Shown here one piece after another: positions 7,948-15,478 of a DNA stretch of 24,000 nucleotides. This DNA comes from an uncultured Turneriella sp. Lineage in GTDB: Bacteria > Spirochaetota > Leptospiria > Turneriellales > Turneriellaceae. A program made the translations under genes and the position numbers. Position 1 is the stretch's first letter, and each line of letters opens with the position of its first letter. A model generated the notes under the pieces. That model was not told the origin of the DNA and did no database searches. It saw only the letters and a list, made by a program, of their open reading frames with translations. The stretch covers positions 42,837 through 66,836 of the forward strand of contig CAYOZO010000005.1 in the NCBI GenBank assembly GCA_964408405.1, in the 5' to 3' direction.

Positions 7948-9390
7948 ATGAGATTTACTCTCGCCGCCAAGCTCGTCTCATTCATCGGCGCTCTTATGCT
8001 GGCGCTTACCAGTTCGCTAGCCTATCTATCGTGGCATCGGGGATTTAAGAACCTCGAAGAGCGGTTCGGCCTTGTGTTAAAGCACATTGCGATCAACACA
8101 GCTCTGCAAATTGATGGGTATCAACACAGCCGAATCCGAAGTTCTGCGGATAAGCATTCCAGGGAGTTTAAGAAAATACATGCCCTCATGCAAAAGGCGA
8201 TGCTCGCTAACTATTTAAGTCCGGAAACATTTTATACGTTCCAGCTGGGCGAAGACCATGCCCTGCACTTTGCGGTGATGCTGCATAAAGAAAAATTTAT
8301 CGGCGACAGGTACGATCCGCCTGCGCTGAACAAAGCGTATTTCATGCGCGTCATGGCAGGAGAGAGCGTTTTTACGCAAATCTACACCGATGCACACGGT
8401 ACCTGGATTTCAGGGCTCGCTCCTATTTTTACCGGAGATAAGGTCACCGGCGTCGTTGAGGCAGATTTTCGGCTCGAAAAGTTTGTCGAAGAACTTAGGC
8501 AGCAGACATTAGAAATTGTCGAATATTCGCTCGTTGTTTTTATCGTGGCCGTGCTTTTGGCATTCTGGTTCATGCGCCGCATCACGAATCCAATTAAAGT
8601 GCTGAGCCGGGCAGCGGTCGCCGTTGCCGACGGGACTATCGGCAATCCGGTTTCTGTTACGTCGCACGATGAAATTGGTGAGTTACAGCAATCGTTCAAC
8701 ACCATGCTAAAATCGATCAGCGAGCGCTATCTCATGCTGAAATATCTGTCGCCTCACACCAAGCGGATGATCGAGCAGGAAATCCACGATCCGCAGGCAT
8801 CTGCTGGCAGAACTCGCGACGTGGTTCTTCTCTTCAGCGATATCCGGGGCTTTACGGGCTATAGCGCTAACCGCGATCCACGGGAAGTAATTGAAAACCT
8901 CAATACATTGCTCGGCAAACAAGCGGAAATCATTGAATCGTATGGCGGTGACATCGACAAATTTGTCGGCGACGAAGTGATCGCAGTATTTGAGGGAGAA
9001 AAGGCCGAGGAGCTCGCACTGCGCGCAGCGGTCACAATCCAACGCATGGTCACAGAAAACCTATCGAACCCTGAATTTGACATGAACCTGCGTGTCGGTA
9101 TCGGTATTGCATCCGGAGAAGTCTTCATGGGTAATATCGGCTCTGTCGGGCGTAAGGATTTTACCGTCATCGGCAGCAACGTAAACCTTGCCTCGCGTAT
9201 CTGCTCCGCCGCAATGGCCGGGGAAATACTCATGAGCTCCCATGTCTTTTATAAGATTGAGGCTAACAGCAACTTACCTGCAGAATTACAGATAACGCTG
9301 GTCAAGAAGGGAAATCTCAAGGCAAAGGGATTTCCAGACTTAATACCGGTTTATAGCTGCGAAATTGCGTTCGCCACCGCCGAACATTAG
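7948..9390 (+). CDS. membrane adenylate/guanylate cyclase with periplasmic sensor region, HAMP and class III cyclase domains
   Basis: N-terminal TM, a ~165-aa extracytoplasmic region and a second TM. HAMP-like segment (RRITNPIKVLSRAA...HDEIGELQQSFNTM). Class III core motifs VVLLFSDIRGFTGYS, KFVGDEVIAVF, RVGIGIASGEVFMGNIGS and FTVIGSNVNLASRI. Confidence 0.9.
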   Translation: MRFTLAAKLVSFIGALMLALTSSLAYLSWHRGFKNLEERFGLVLKHIAINTALQIDGYQHSRIRSSADKHSREFKKIHALMQKAMLANYLSPETFYTFQLGEDHALHFAVMLHKEKFIGDRYDPPALNKAYFMRVMAGESVFTQIYTDAHGTWISGLAPIFTGDKVTGVVEADFRLEKFVEELRQQTLEIVEYSLVVFIVAVLLAFWFMRRITNPIKVLSRAAVAVADGTIGNPVSVTSHDEIGELQQSFNTMLKSISERYLMLKYLSPHTKRMIEQEIHDPQASAGRTRDVVLLFSDIRGFTGYSANRDPREVIENLNTLLGKQAEIIESYGGDIDKFVGDEVIAVFEGEKAEELALRAAVTIQRMVTENLSNPEFDMNLRVGIGIASGEVFMGNIGSVGRKDFTVIGSNVNLASRICSAAMAGEILMSSHVFYKIEANSNLPAELQITLVKKGNLKAKGFPDLIPVYSCEIAFATAEH

Positions 9391-9532
9391 GAAAAGCCTA
9401 TAGAGCGGCATGCCTCGAACTGTGATTATTCACCAGCGCAAAAAGAAACCCGCCGTCTTCATGGACAGCTATACCGAGCACAAAAATATGCGCGAGCAAA
9501 GTGCAGGATTGCTTCAACGGCATTGAGAGATA

Positions 9533-10819
9533 TCATGCTGCGCGCTCGCGCGTCGCCAGTGCCGGGCCGAAGATTGTTCCCAGTTTTTCATTGGCGATTA
9601 GTCCGTCGGCATCTGCGGAAAACTCGGGCTTTAGGCGGTTGACGAAGTACATTTCTATCTCCCCCTTATTTTTTGCGACAAGTCGGCCGCGGTATTCGCA
9701 TTCAAAGTAATCTTTGATCAGATCATACGTAGCGCGGGAGACATTTACCCTGCCGGCTGCCCCTGAGCTTTCCATGCGGCTCGCGACGTTGACAGTATCG
9801 CCCCAGACGTCGTAGCTAAACTTTTCGCTGCCGATCACCCCGGCGACCAGGGGGCCCGAGTGCAGGCCAATACGAATCTTGGTTCCATTGGCGTGGCCTG
9901 AGGACTCTTGTGCCATGGCCGACTGCATGCGCAATGCCGCCAGCGCCGCTTTTACGGCATGCCAAGGGTCTTCGACAGGCAGGCCGGAAGCGGCCATGTA
10001 CGAATCGCCAATCGTCTTGATCTTTTCCATTCCCAAATCGCGCACGATGTTATCGAATGATTTGAAACAGCGGTCGAGTTCGGAAACGAGTTGTGAGGGG
10101 CTAAGCTTTTCAGCGTACTGCGTGAAGCCGACCATATCGGTAAAAAGTACGGTGGCAGAATCGTAATGCACGGGCTCGACGCGATCGTTGCGCTTCAGTT
10201 CGTCGGCCACATGGTTGGGCAGAATATTGCGCAGTAGCCGGTCGGATTTATCGCGCTCTTCGTTAAAATGGTTCTTCAAAATTATAACCGTAGCTGCGCA
10301 CAGAATCTGTACAAACAGAAACTGACCGAACACGTCACTGAACCGGTCTTGCGGTGTGGCGTATGCCACGATATATTGAGGGAAATAGATCTCTACTGAG
10401 AAAACCGCTACGGTGAAAAGCACGCTCAGCAGCGCAGCGTAGAGCGTCGTGCGGCTATTGCGTGATAAAATCGTTGAAATCAGCACCAGGGGGATGTAAT
10501 AGTAGTGCGCGCCGCCGAGGCTGCCGGCATTGCCGAGTATGTTGAAGAACAGAAATGCCTCCATAGTCAACACGAACGGCCAATAAAGGACGCGGTAAAT
10601 ACTAAAGAAGCGCGATGAGGCGTAATAAGCCAGAAACAGCACGCCGGTTCCCAGATTCAGCACAAAGAGCCAGCCATAATTCGAAGAAGGATTCAGCGAT
10701 CCCAGAGTATTTGAAATGCCGTTGAGGAGAGCAAACGAGTTAAAGAGACGATGCTCCAGTGACCAGTGCCTGGCGCTGCCGATGAGGCGGTCAATCGCAG
10801 TGGCAATTATCTTGTGCAT
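9533..10819 (-). CDS. membrane adenylate/guanylate cyclase (polytopic N-terminal domain + class III cyclase domain)
   Basis: About six N-terminal TM segments. Catalytic motifs ATVLFTDMVGFTQY, KTIGDSYMAASGLP, IRIGLHSGPLVAGVIGSEKFSYDVWGDTVNVASRMES. Start placed at the internal ATG (MHKIIATAI, 10819) to avoid overlap with the upstream small gene. The tracker start at 10891 remains possible. Confidence 0.85.
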   Translation of the reverse strand: MHKIIATAIDRLIGSARHWSLEHRLFNSFALLNGISNTLGSLNPSSNYGWLFVLNLGTGVLFLAYYASSRFFSIYRVLYWPFVLTMEAFLFFNILGNAGSLGGAHYYYIPLVLISTILSRNSRTTLYAALLSVLFTVAVFSVEIYFPQYIVAYATPQDRFSDVFGQFLFVQILCAATVIILKNHFNEERDKSDRLLRNILPNHVADELKRNDRVEPVHYDSATVLFTDMVGFTQYAEKLSPSQLVSELDRCFKSFDNIVRDLGMEKIKTIGDSYMAASGLPVEDPWHAVKAALAALRMQSAMAQESSGHANGTKIRIGLHSGPLVAGVIGSEKFSYDVWGDTVNVASRMESSGAAGRVNVSRATYDLIKDYFECEYRGRLVAKNKGEIEMYFVNRLKPEFSADADGLIANEKLGTIFGPALATRERAA

Positions 10820-10874
10820 ATGAGTATGTCGCAGGGGGTGTCTGAATCTTACAGCAATTGCGCGTGTAACAGAC

Positions 10875-11108
10875 TTATCGCTCCCTCGCAAAACACCGAC
10901 CGTGGATATTGACGGCGTAGGGGACTAAAAAACTCAACGCTGCGGAGATCCATCGGCTGGTGTCCATTTGGCCACTGGCGAGGGCCTGGCCGTGATTGAT
11001 AAGTAATAGTAAGGTGCCCACAATGAGCGCAAGGCGCAGCGCGGCAGGGGCAAGGTTGCGATCTAAGAGGCAGACCACGTATTGCTTCAGGCTTGACATG
11101 CTGGCCAT
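10875..11108 (-). CDS. small two-TM membrane protein resembling the NrtS (nitrate/nitrite transporter NrtS) family
   Basis: The core ALRLALIVGTLLLLINHGQALASG...LSFLVPYAVNIHG matches my recollection of the NrtS-family pattern (VVGT-L-LINQGD ... L-YLVPY-VS). The start is uncertain (11138, 11108 or 11099). 11108 was chosen to limit overlap with the divergent coaB region. Confidence 0.55.
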   Translation of the reverse strand: MASMSSLKQYVVCLLDRNLAPAALRLALIVGTLLLLINHGQALASGQMDTSRWISAALSFLVPYAVNIHGRCFARER

Positions 11109-11146
11109 TTTTTTGTAAGAATTTCCCTCATACAGCACTAATTACC

Positions 11147-11833
11147 ATGGAATTAAAGCCAGAATCCAGGGCTTTGAGTGGCGTACGCTTCCTGGTTACC
11201 GCCGGGCCGACACGTGAGGCTTTAGACCCGGTACGCTACCTCAGTAACCACTCAAGCGGCAAGATGGGATTTGCTATAGCAAACCTGCTGCATAGCGCGG
11301 GTGCGGATGTCCACCTGGTAACGGGCCCGGTCAGCTTGCAGACGGTTCTTCCCGAAGAGCAGATTACGCGTGTTGAGTCAGCGCTCGAGATGTTCGAAGC
11401 CTGCGAGGCGAGATTCGGAGAGATTGACATCGGCATCTTCGCAGCTGCCGTGGCCGATTACCGGCCGGCAGAAACTTCCGCAAAAAAAATCAAGAGGAGC
11501 AATGGTTCGGTCATGCTGGAACTCGTGCCTAATCCAGATATTGCCGCTGCCTTTGGCCGTGTCAAGAAAGCTAGGCAGCTATCCATCGGCTTTGCCCTCG
11601 AAACAGATAACCTGCTCAGGAACGCACACATAAAACTGAAAAAGAAAAACCTGGATTTCATCGTCATCAATTCGGCCTGTGAACCCGATTCCGGTTTTGG
11701 TACAGACACGAACCGGATCAGCATTCTGGATTCGTCTGGCAGTATCGAGGACTTTCCGCTAAAACAAAAAAGCGAAGTGGCGGGCGATATTCTGGGTAGA
11801 ATTATCGCGCTGTATCTTCTGAAGGCAGCTTAA
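11147..11833 (+). CDS. coaB: phosphopantothenate--cysteine ligase, stand-alone CoaB domain
   Basis: FLVTAGPTREALDPVRYLSNHSSGKMGFAIA is the hallmark CoaB (Dfp C-terminal half) nucleotide-binding motif. AAVADYRP and KIKR motifs follow. No flavoprotein (CoaC) half is attached. Start moved to the ATG at 11147 (MELKPES). Confidence 0.85.
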   Translation: MELKPESRALSGVRFLVTAGPTREALDPVRYLSNHSSGKMGFAIANLLHSAGADVHLVTGPVSLQTVLPEEQITRVESALEMFEACEARFGEIDIGIFAAAVADYRPAETSAKKIKRSNGSVMLELVPNPDIAAAFGRVKKARQLSIGFALETDNLLRNAHIKLKKKNLDFIVINSACEPDSGFGTDTNRISILDSSGSIEDFPLKQKSEVAGDILGRIIALYLLKAA

Positions 11834-11836
11834 GAT

Positions 11837-12619
11837 ATGCGATCCAAACAGATCACGGGGAAGCGCCCAATTTCTACCTTTACGCTCAATGAGGGGAATT
11901 ACACTGCAGCATTCGCCGAGACCCCGGCTGACATCGAAGCGGCGCAACGCCTGCGCTACAGGGTGTTCAATCTCGAGCTGGGTGAAGGGCTTCCCGAATC
12001 GCATCTGACGGGCCGGGACCAGGATCTTTACGACGCACAGTGCGCGCACTTGATTATCAGGCATAAGGCCTCGGGAGAAGTTGTCGGCACATACCGCATG
12101 CAGAGCTATCATGAAGCGGTGGAAGCCGAAGGCTTCTACTCTGCCAATGAATTTGATCTTAGTGGAGTGCCGCCGGAAATATTGGGCCGCACGATGGAAG
12201 TCGGTCGTGCGTGTATCGATGCGCAGCACCGCAACAATCGGGTACTCTTTATGCTCTGGAAGGGGCTTGTTGCCTACCTGCTTTACAACCGGCTGCGCTA
12301 CCTATTCGGTTGTTGCTCGCTAACATCTCAGGACGAATCGGAAGGCATGCAGCTCATGCAACAGCTGCTCAACGATGGGCACGTACGCGGGGACTTCTGC
12401 GTCGCCGCGAAGCCGGGTTATGCAATTTCTGGTGCGCCAAGCGGGAAGATTATCAAAACTCCAAAGCTCTTTCAGGCTTACATCAATTATGGGGCGAAAG
12501 TCTGCAGTCAGCCAGCGATTGACCGCACCTTCGGGACAATCGATTACCTGGTGATTCTAGACATTGAAACGGTGAGCCCCTTTACCAAAAATTTATTTTT
12601 CCCCCCGGAGTACCAGTAA
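11837..12619 (+). CDS. GNAT-family N-acyltransferase of the OlsB / N-acyl amino acid synthase type (Pfam Acetyltransf_5-like)
   Basis: AETPADIEAAQRLRYRVFNLELGEG...DLYDAQCAHLIIRHKASGEVVGTYRM and EVGRACIDAQHRNNRVLFMLWKGL...LFGCCSL match the conserved blocks of OlsB/'hemolysin-like' acyltransferases. The gene starts 3 nt after the coaB stop. Confidence 0.85.
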   Translation: MRSKQITGKRPISTFTLNEGNYTAAFAETPADIEAAQRLRYRVFNLELGEGLPESHLTGRDQDLYDAQCAHLIIRHKASGEVVGTYRMQSYHEAVEAEGFYSANEFDLSGVPPEILGRTMEVGRACIDAQHRNNRVLFMLWKGLVAYLLYNRLRYLFGCCSLTSQDESEGMQLMQQLLNDGHVRGDFCVAAKPGYAISGAPSGKIIKTPKLFQAYINYGAKVCSQPAIDRTFGTIDYLVILDIETVSPFTKNLFFPPEYQ

Positions 12620-13147
12620 ATGATTCTTCCTTTGATTAAACAAAACCTGCTGCTGATTGAGCAAGGTCGGGAAATTTTGCAAGCTCTGCCCGATGGCATT
12701 TATATCCGATCTAATGAAGAAACCTATGGGGCCAGCCTAGGCGGACATTTTCGCCATATCATCCAGCATTATGAAGCTTTTTTGCGCGATTTACCCGGTG
12801 GCATCATTAATTATGACAGGCGTGATCGCACATCTTCTGTCGAAACAGATCGCGTCGATGCCGATGTTGCACTGCGGCAAATAGCCGGGGAACTCGAAAC
12901 GCTTTCGGCCGAAGACCGCGAAATTATTATCATCCAAAACCATAACCCTGCTGAACCTGAACGCGGAGTCCGCTCGACACTCAGCCGCGAACTCACATTT
13001 CTCGTGAGCCACACCGTGCACCATTTTGCCTTGGTTGCGGTGGCGATGCACCTCAATGGTCGTGCCACGCCGCGTTATTTCGGATATGCCCCTTCGACAA
13101 TTTACTACCTTGAATCGCAGGTGCAACACGCTACGCTGACAAGCTGA
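12620..13147 (+). CDS. DinB/YfiT-like metal-dependent four-helix-bundle protein (DinB_2-like)
   Basis: Zero-nt gap to the upstream gene. A His triad pattern typical of the DinB superfamily is present (HFRHIIQHYEAFL near the N-terminus, SHTVHHFALV near the C-terminus). Confidence 0.75.
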   Translation: MILPLIKQNLLLIEQGREILQALPDGIYIRSNEETYGASLGGHFRHIIQHYEAFLRDLPGGIINYDRRDRTSSVETDRVDADVALRQIAGELETLSAEDREIIIIQNHNPAEPERGVRSTLSRELTFLVSHTVHHFALVAVAMHLNGRATPRYFGYAPSTIYYLESQVQHATLTS

Positions 13148-13152
13148 ACGGC

Positions 13153-13884
13153 ATGTGTACGGTTTCCTGGAAGTTTTCTCAGGCGGGATACGACCTCTAC
13201 TTTAACCGGGACGAAAAGCTTACTCGCCCACGTGCGTTACCTCCAGAAGAAAGAGCGGTAAACGGGGTAAAAGCTATTGCAGCGACAGATGCGCTTGCGG
13301 GTGGCACATGGCTTGTCACGAATGAATTTGGGAACACCGTGTTCTTGTTGAATCGATATCCGACCACAGGCGCCCCCATGGCCACGAGCCGGGGCATGCT
13401 TGTCTTGAACCTCGCGGATGTGGCAAATCGCGCAGACTTTGAAGAGCGTATATTCTCCGCTGCGCCTGGCAAATATTCTGCGTTCACCTGCGGGCTACTA
13501 ACACCCACCCACGAAGCGTCTGTGTATTCATGGGATGGGCGCAATCTAAGACCGCTGCAGCCGCGTCAGACCTTCCTGACGTCGTCGAGCGTCAATTCAG
13601 AGATCGTAGAAAAGACGCGCGTCGCCTTCTATCGGCTCATTCGGCCAAACACCGCTCGAGACTTTAGCGCCTTACACCGCTCGCATCTGCCAGAAAAGGG
13701 CGGCTCCTCAGTGTGCATGCACCGGGATGATGCGCAGACCGTGAGTTATAGCCATATCCGAGTGAGGTCGCGCTTTAGCCAGTTTTGCTACCTTGAAGGT
13801 CCACCGTGCTGTGGCGAAGGCATGGGTATCTTAAGTCTCAGGCTAAAGAAAGATCTCGCTTTTACTCCATCGCCTATGGGCTGA
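13153..13884 (+). CDS. NRDE (TANGO2/DUF833) family protein
   Basis: Starts MCT (Cys2, Ntn-hydrolase-like). It contains the eponymous motif in YFNRDE at residues 16-21. Gap of 5 nt to the upstream gene. Confidence 0.8.
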   Translation: MCTVSWKFSQAGYDLYFNRDEKLTRPRALPPEERAVNGVKAIAATDALAGGTWLVTNEFGNTVFLLNRYPTTGAPMATSRGMLVLNLADVANRADFEERIFSAAPGKYSAFTCGLLTPTHEASVYSWDGRNLRPLQPRQTFLTSSSVNSEIVEKTRVAFYRLIRPNTARDFSALHRSHLPEKGGSSVCMHRDDAQTVSYSHIRVRSRFSQFCYLEGPPCCGEGMGILSLRLKKDLAFTPSPMG

Positions 13885-13888
13885 TTGG

Positions 13889-15478
13889 ATGGCAGAATTT
13901 CTTAGCATCGCATTTTTTACTTTTCTCAGCGAAGACCTGGCATGCATTACCGCCGGTAGCCTTGCTGCACGCTCAGACATTCAGCTTTGGGTGGCAATCG
14001 TTGCCTCGTACGTCGGCATTGTTGTAGGGGATTTATTACTCTACCTGGCCGGCTACTCTGGGGGCGCACTTTTGCTCAAGACTCGCTGGGGCAGCCGTTT
14101 TCTGGCAGGAGAAAGGGTTATCCGGGCTCAGCAATGGCTGAAGAATTCCGGGGGTAAGGTGGTGATCCTCAGCCGCTTTGTTCCGGGAACACGGTTGCCA
14201 ACCTACGTAGCTGCGGGAATCTTGCGAATGCCCGTGACACGATTTACGGTGCTGCTGCTCATCGCTGCGCTTTTCTGGACGCCTATTCTGGTTGTCGCCT
14301 CGTACCTGTCGGGTACGTTGCTTTTAGACGCCTTTTCGGGCGCCAGTGCTATTACAAGAGGAGTAGCCCTGGCAGGCATCGTCGCTGTGGTATGGCTCGC
14401 GTCACGCCTTGTCCTATCCTTTGCTACCTGGCGTGGGCGAAGGTTGCTCTATTCACGCATTGAACGACTGCTGCGTTGGGAATTTTGGCCAATGTACTAC
14501 CTTTATGTTCCGGTAGGTTTCTACCTGCTGTACCTGGCCATCAGGCATCGCCAACTGGCGGCATTTACGGCGTGCAACCCGGCGATCTATGCGTCCGGTA
14601 TGCGCGGTGAATCCAAGTCGCAGATTTTGGCCGGGCTCAAACCTTCGGCCGGCAATTTTGGCAGTGTGGCACCGTTCATCCTGATCAGAGCAGAGCTACC
14701 TTACAGCGAGAGAAAAAAGCTGGCGCTGGCCTTTTTGCGAAAACTTCCGCAGAAGTACCCGGTGGTCATCAAACCAGACGTTGGCGAGCGTGGCAGCGAT
14801 GTAAAAATTGTGAGAAGTCAGGACGAACTTGAAGCGCATCTCCGCACAAGCGAGCAGGACGTGATTCTGCAGCAATACATTCAGGGGCATGAATACGGCG
14901 TCTTCTACTACCGCTACCCATCTGCCTCTATGGGAAGAATTTTCGCTATCACCGACAAGCGGCTGATAACTCTCACGGGCGATGGTTTGCATACGCTTGA
15001 AGAACTGATACTTCGCGATAAGCGCGCGGTGTTAATGGCCAAATTCCATCTGGAGCAGCACCGCAACGAACTGGATTACGTCGTGCCTAAAGGAGCAGCC
15101 TATCCGCTTGTGCAGCTGGGTACGCATTGCAAGGGTGTGCTCTTCTTAGACGGCAGTCACCTCATTACGCCAGAGCTCACGCGGGCCATCGATCGCATCA
15201 GCCAGAACTATGTGGGCTTCTTTTTTGGCCGCTACGATATTCGTGTACCCAGTGAAAAAGATTTGCGCGCCGGAAAAAACCTCCGGGTACTGGAACTCAA
15301 CGGTGTCACTTCAGAGGCCACGAGTATGTACGATCCGCGGCATTCGCTCTGGCACGCCTACAAAATCTTGTTTGCGCAGTGGCGTATTGCGGTCGAAATT
15401 GGCCTCGAAAATATCAGGCGTGGTGCAAAACCGGTTGGGTTAAAAACGCTCCTGCAGATGGCTTTCCGAGGCACATGA
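13889..15478 (+). CDS. fusion protein: N-terminal DedA/VTT (SNARE-associated) membrane domain + C-terminal ATP-grasp amide ligase domain
   Basis: The N-terminal ~190 aa has DedA-like features (EDLACITAGSLA, RFVPGTRLPTYVAAG, multiple TMs). The C-terminal ~300 aa has ATP-grasp features (YPVVIKPDVGERGSDVKIV, ILQQYIQGHEYGVFYYR, LRVLELNGVTSEATSMYDP). Confidence 0.8.
   Translation: MAEFLSIAFFTFLSEDLACITAGSLAARSDIQLWVAIVASYVGIVVGDLLLYLAGYSGGALLLKTRWGSRFLAGERVIRAQQWLKNSGGKVVILSRFVPGTRLPTYVAAGILRMPVTRFTVLLLIAALFWTPILVVASYLSGTLLLDAFSGASAITRGVALAGIVAVVWLASRLVLSFATWRGRRLLYSRIERLLRWEFWPMYYLYVPVGFYLLYLAIRHRQLAAFTACNPAIYASGMRGESKSQILAGLKPSAGNFGSVAPFILIRAELPYSERKKLALAFLRKLPQKYPVVIKPDVGERGSDVKIVRSQDELEAHLRTSEQDVILQQYIQGHEYGVFYYRYPSASMGRIFAITDKRLITLTGDGLHTLEELILRDKRAVLMAKFHLEQHRNELDYVVPKGAAYPLVQLGTHCKGVLFLDGSHLITPELTRAIDRISQNYVGFFFGRYDIRVPSEKDLRAGKNLRVLELNGVTSEATSMYDPRHSLWHAYKILFAQWRIAVEIGLENIRRGAKPVGLKTLLQMAFRGT

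Noticed and set aside
9410-9526. 38-aa ORF (MPRTVIIHQRKKKPAVFMDSYTEHKNMREQSAGLLQRH) in the gap between the convergent cyclases
   Set aside because: It has no Shine-Dalgarno sequence and no recognisable family. Its short length is compatible with chance. It would need conservation or ribosome-profiling support.
11093-11146. Tracker start of coaB at 11093 and the longest start of the NrtS-like gene at 11138, which would make the divergent genes overlap head-to-head
   Set aside because: The conserved CoaB domain begins right after the ATG at 11147. The extra residues (MTCWPFFCKNFPHTALIT) look non-native, and shorter starts remove the overlap. The choice of start remains uncertain.
11759-12229. 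156-aa minus-strand ORF
   Set aside because: It is antisense to the GNAT acyltransferase gene, which has strong family motifs. It has no recognisable motifs or RBS.
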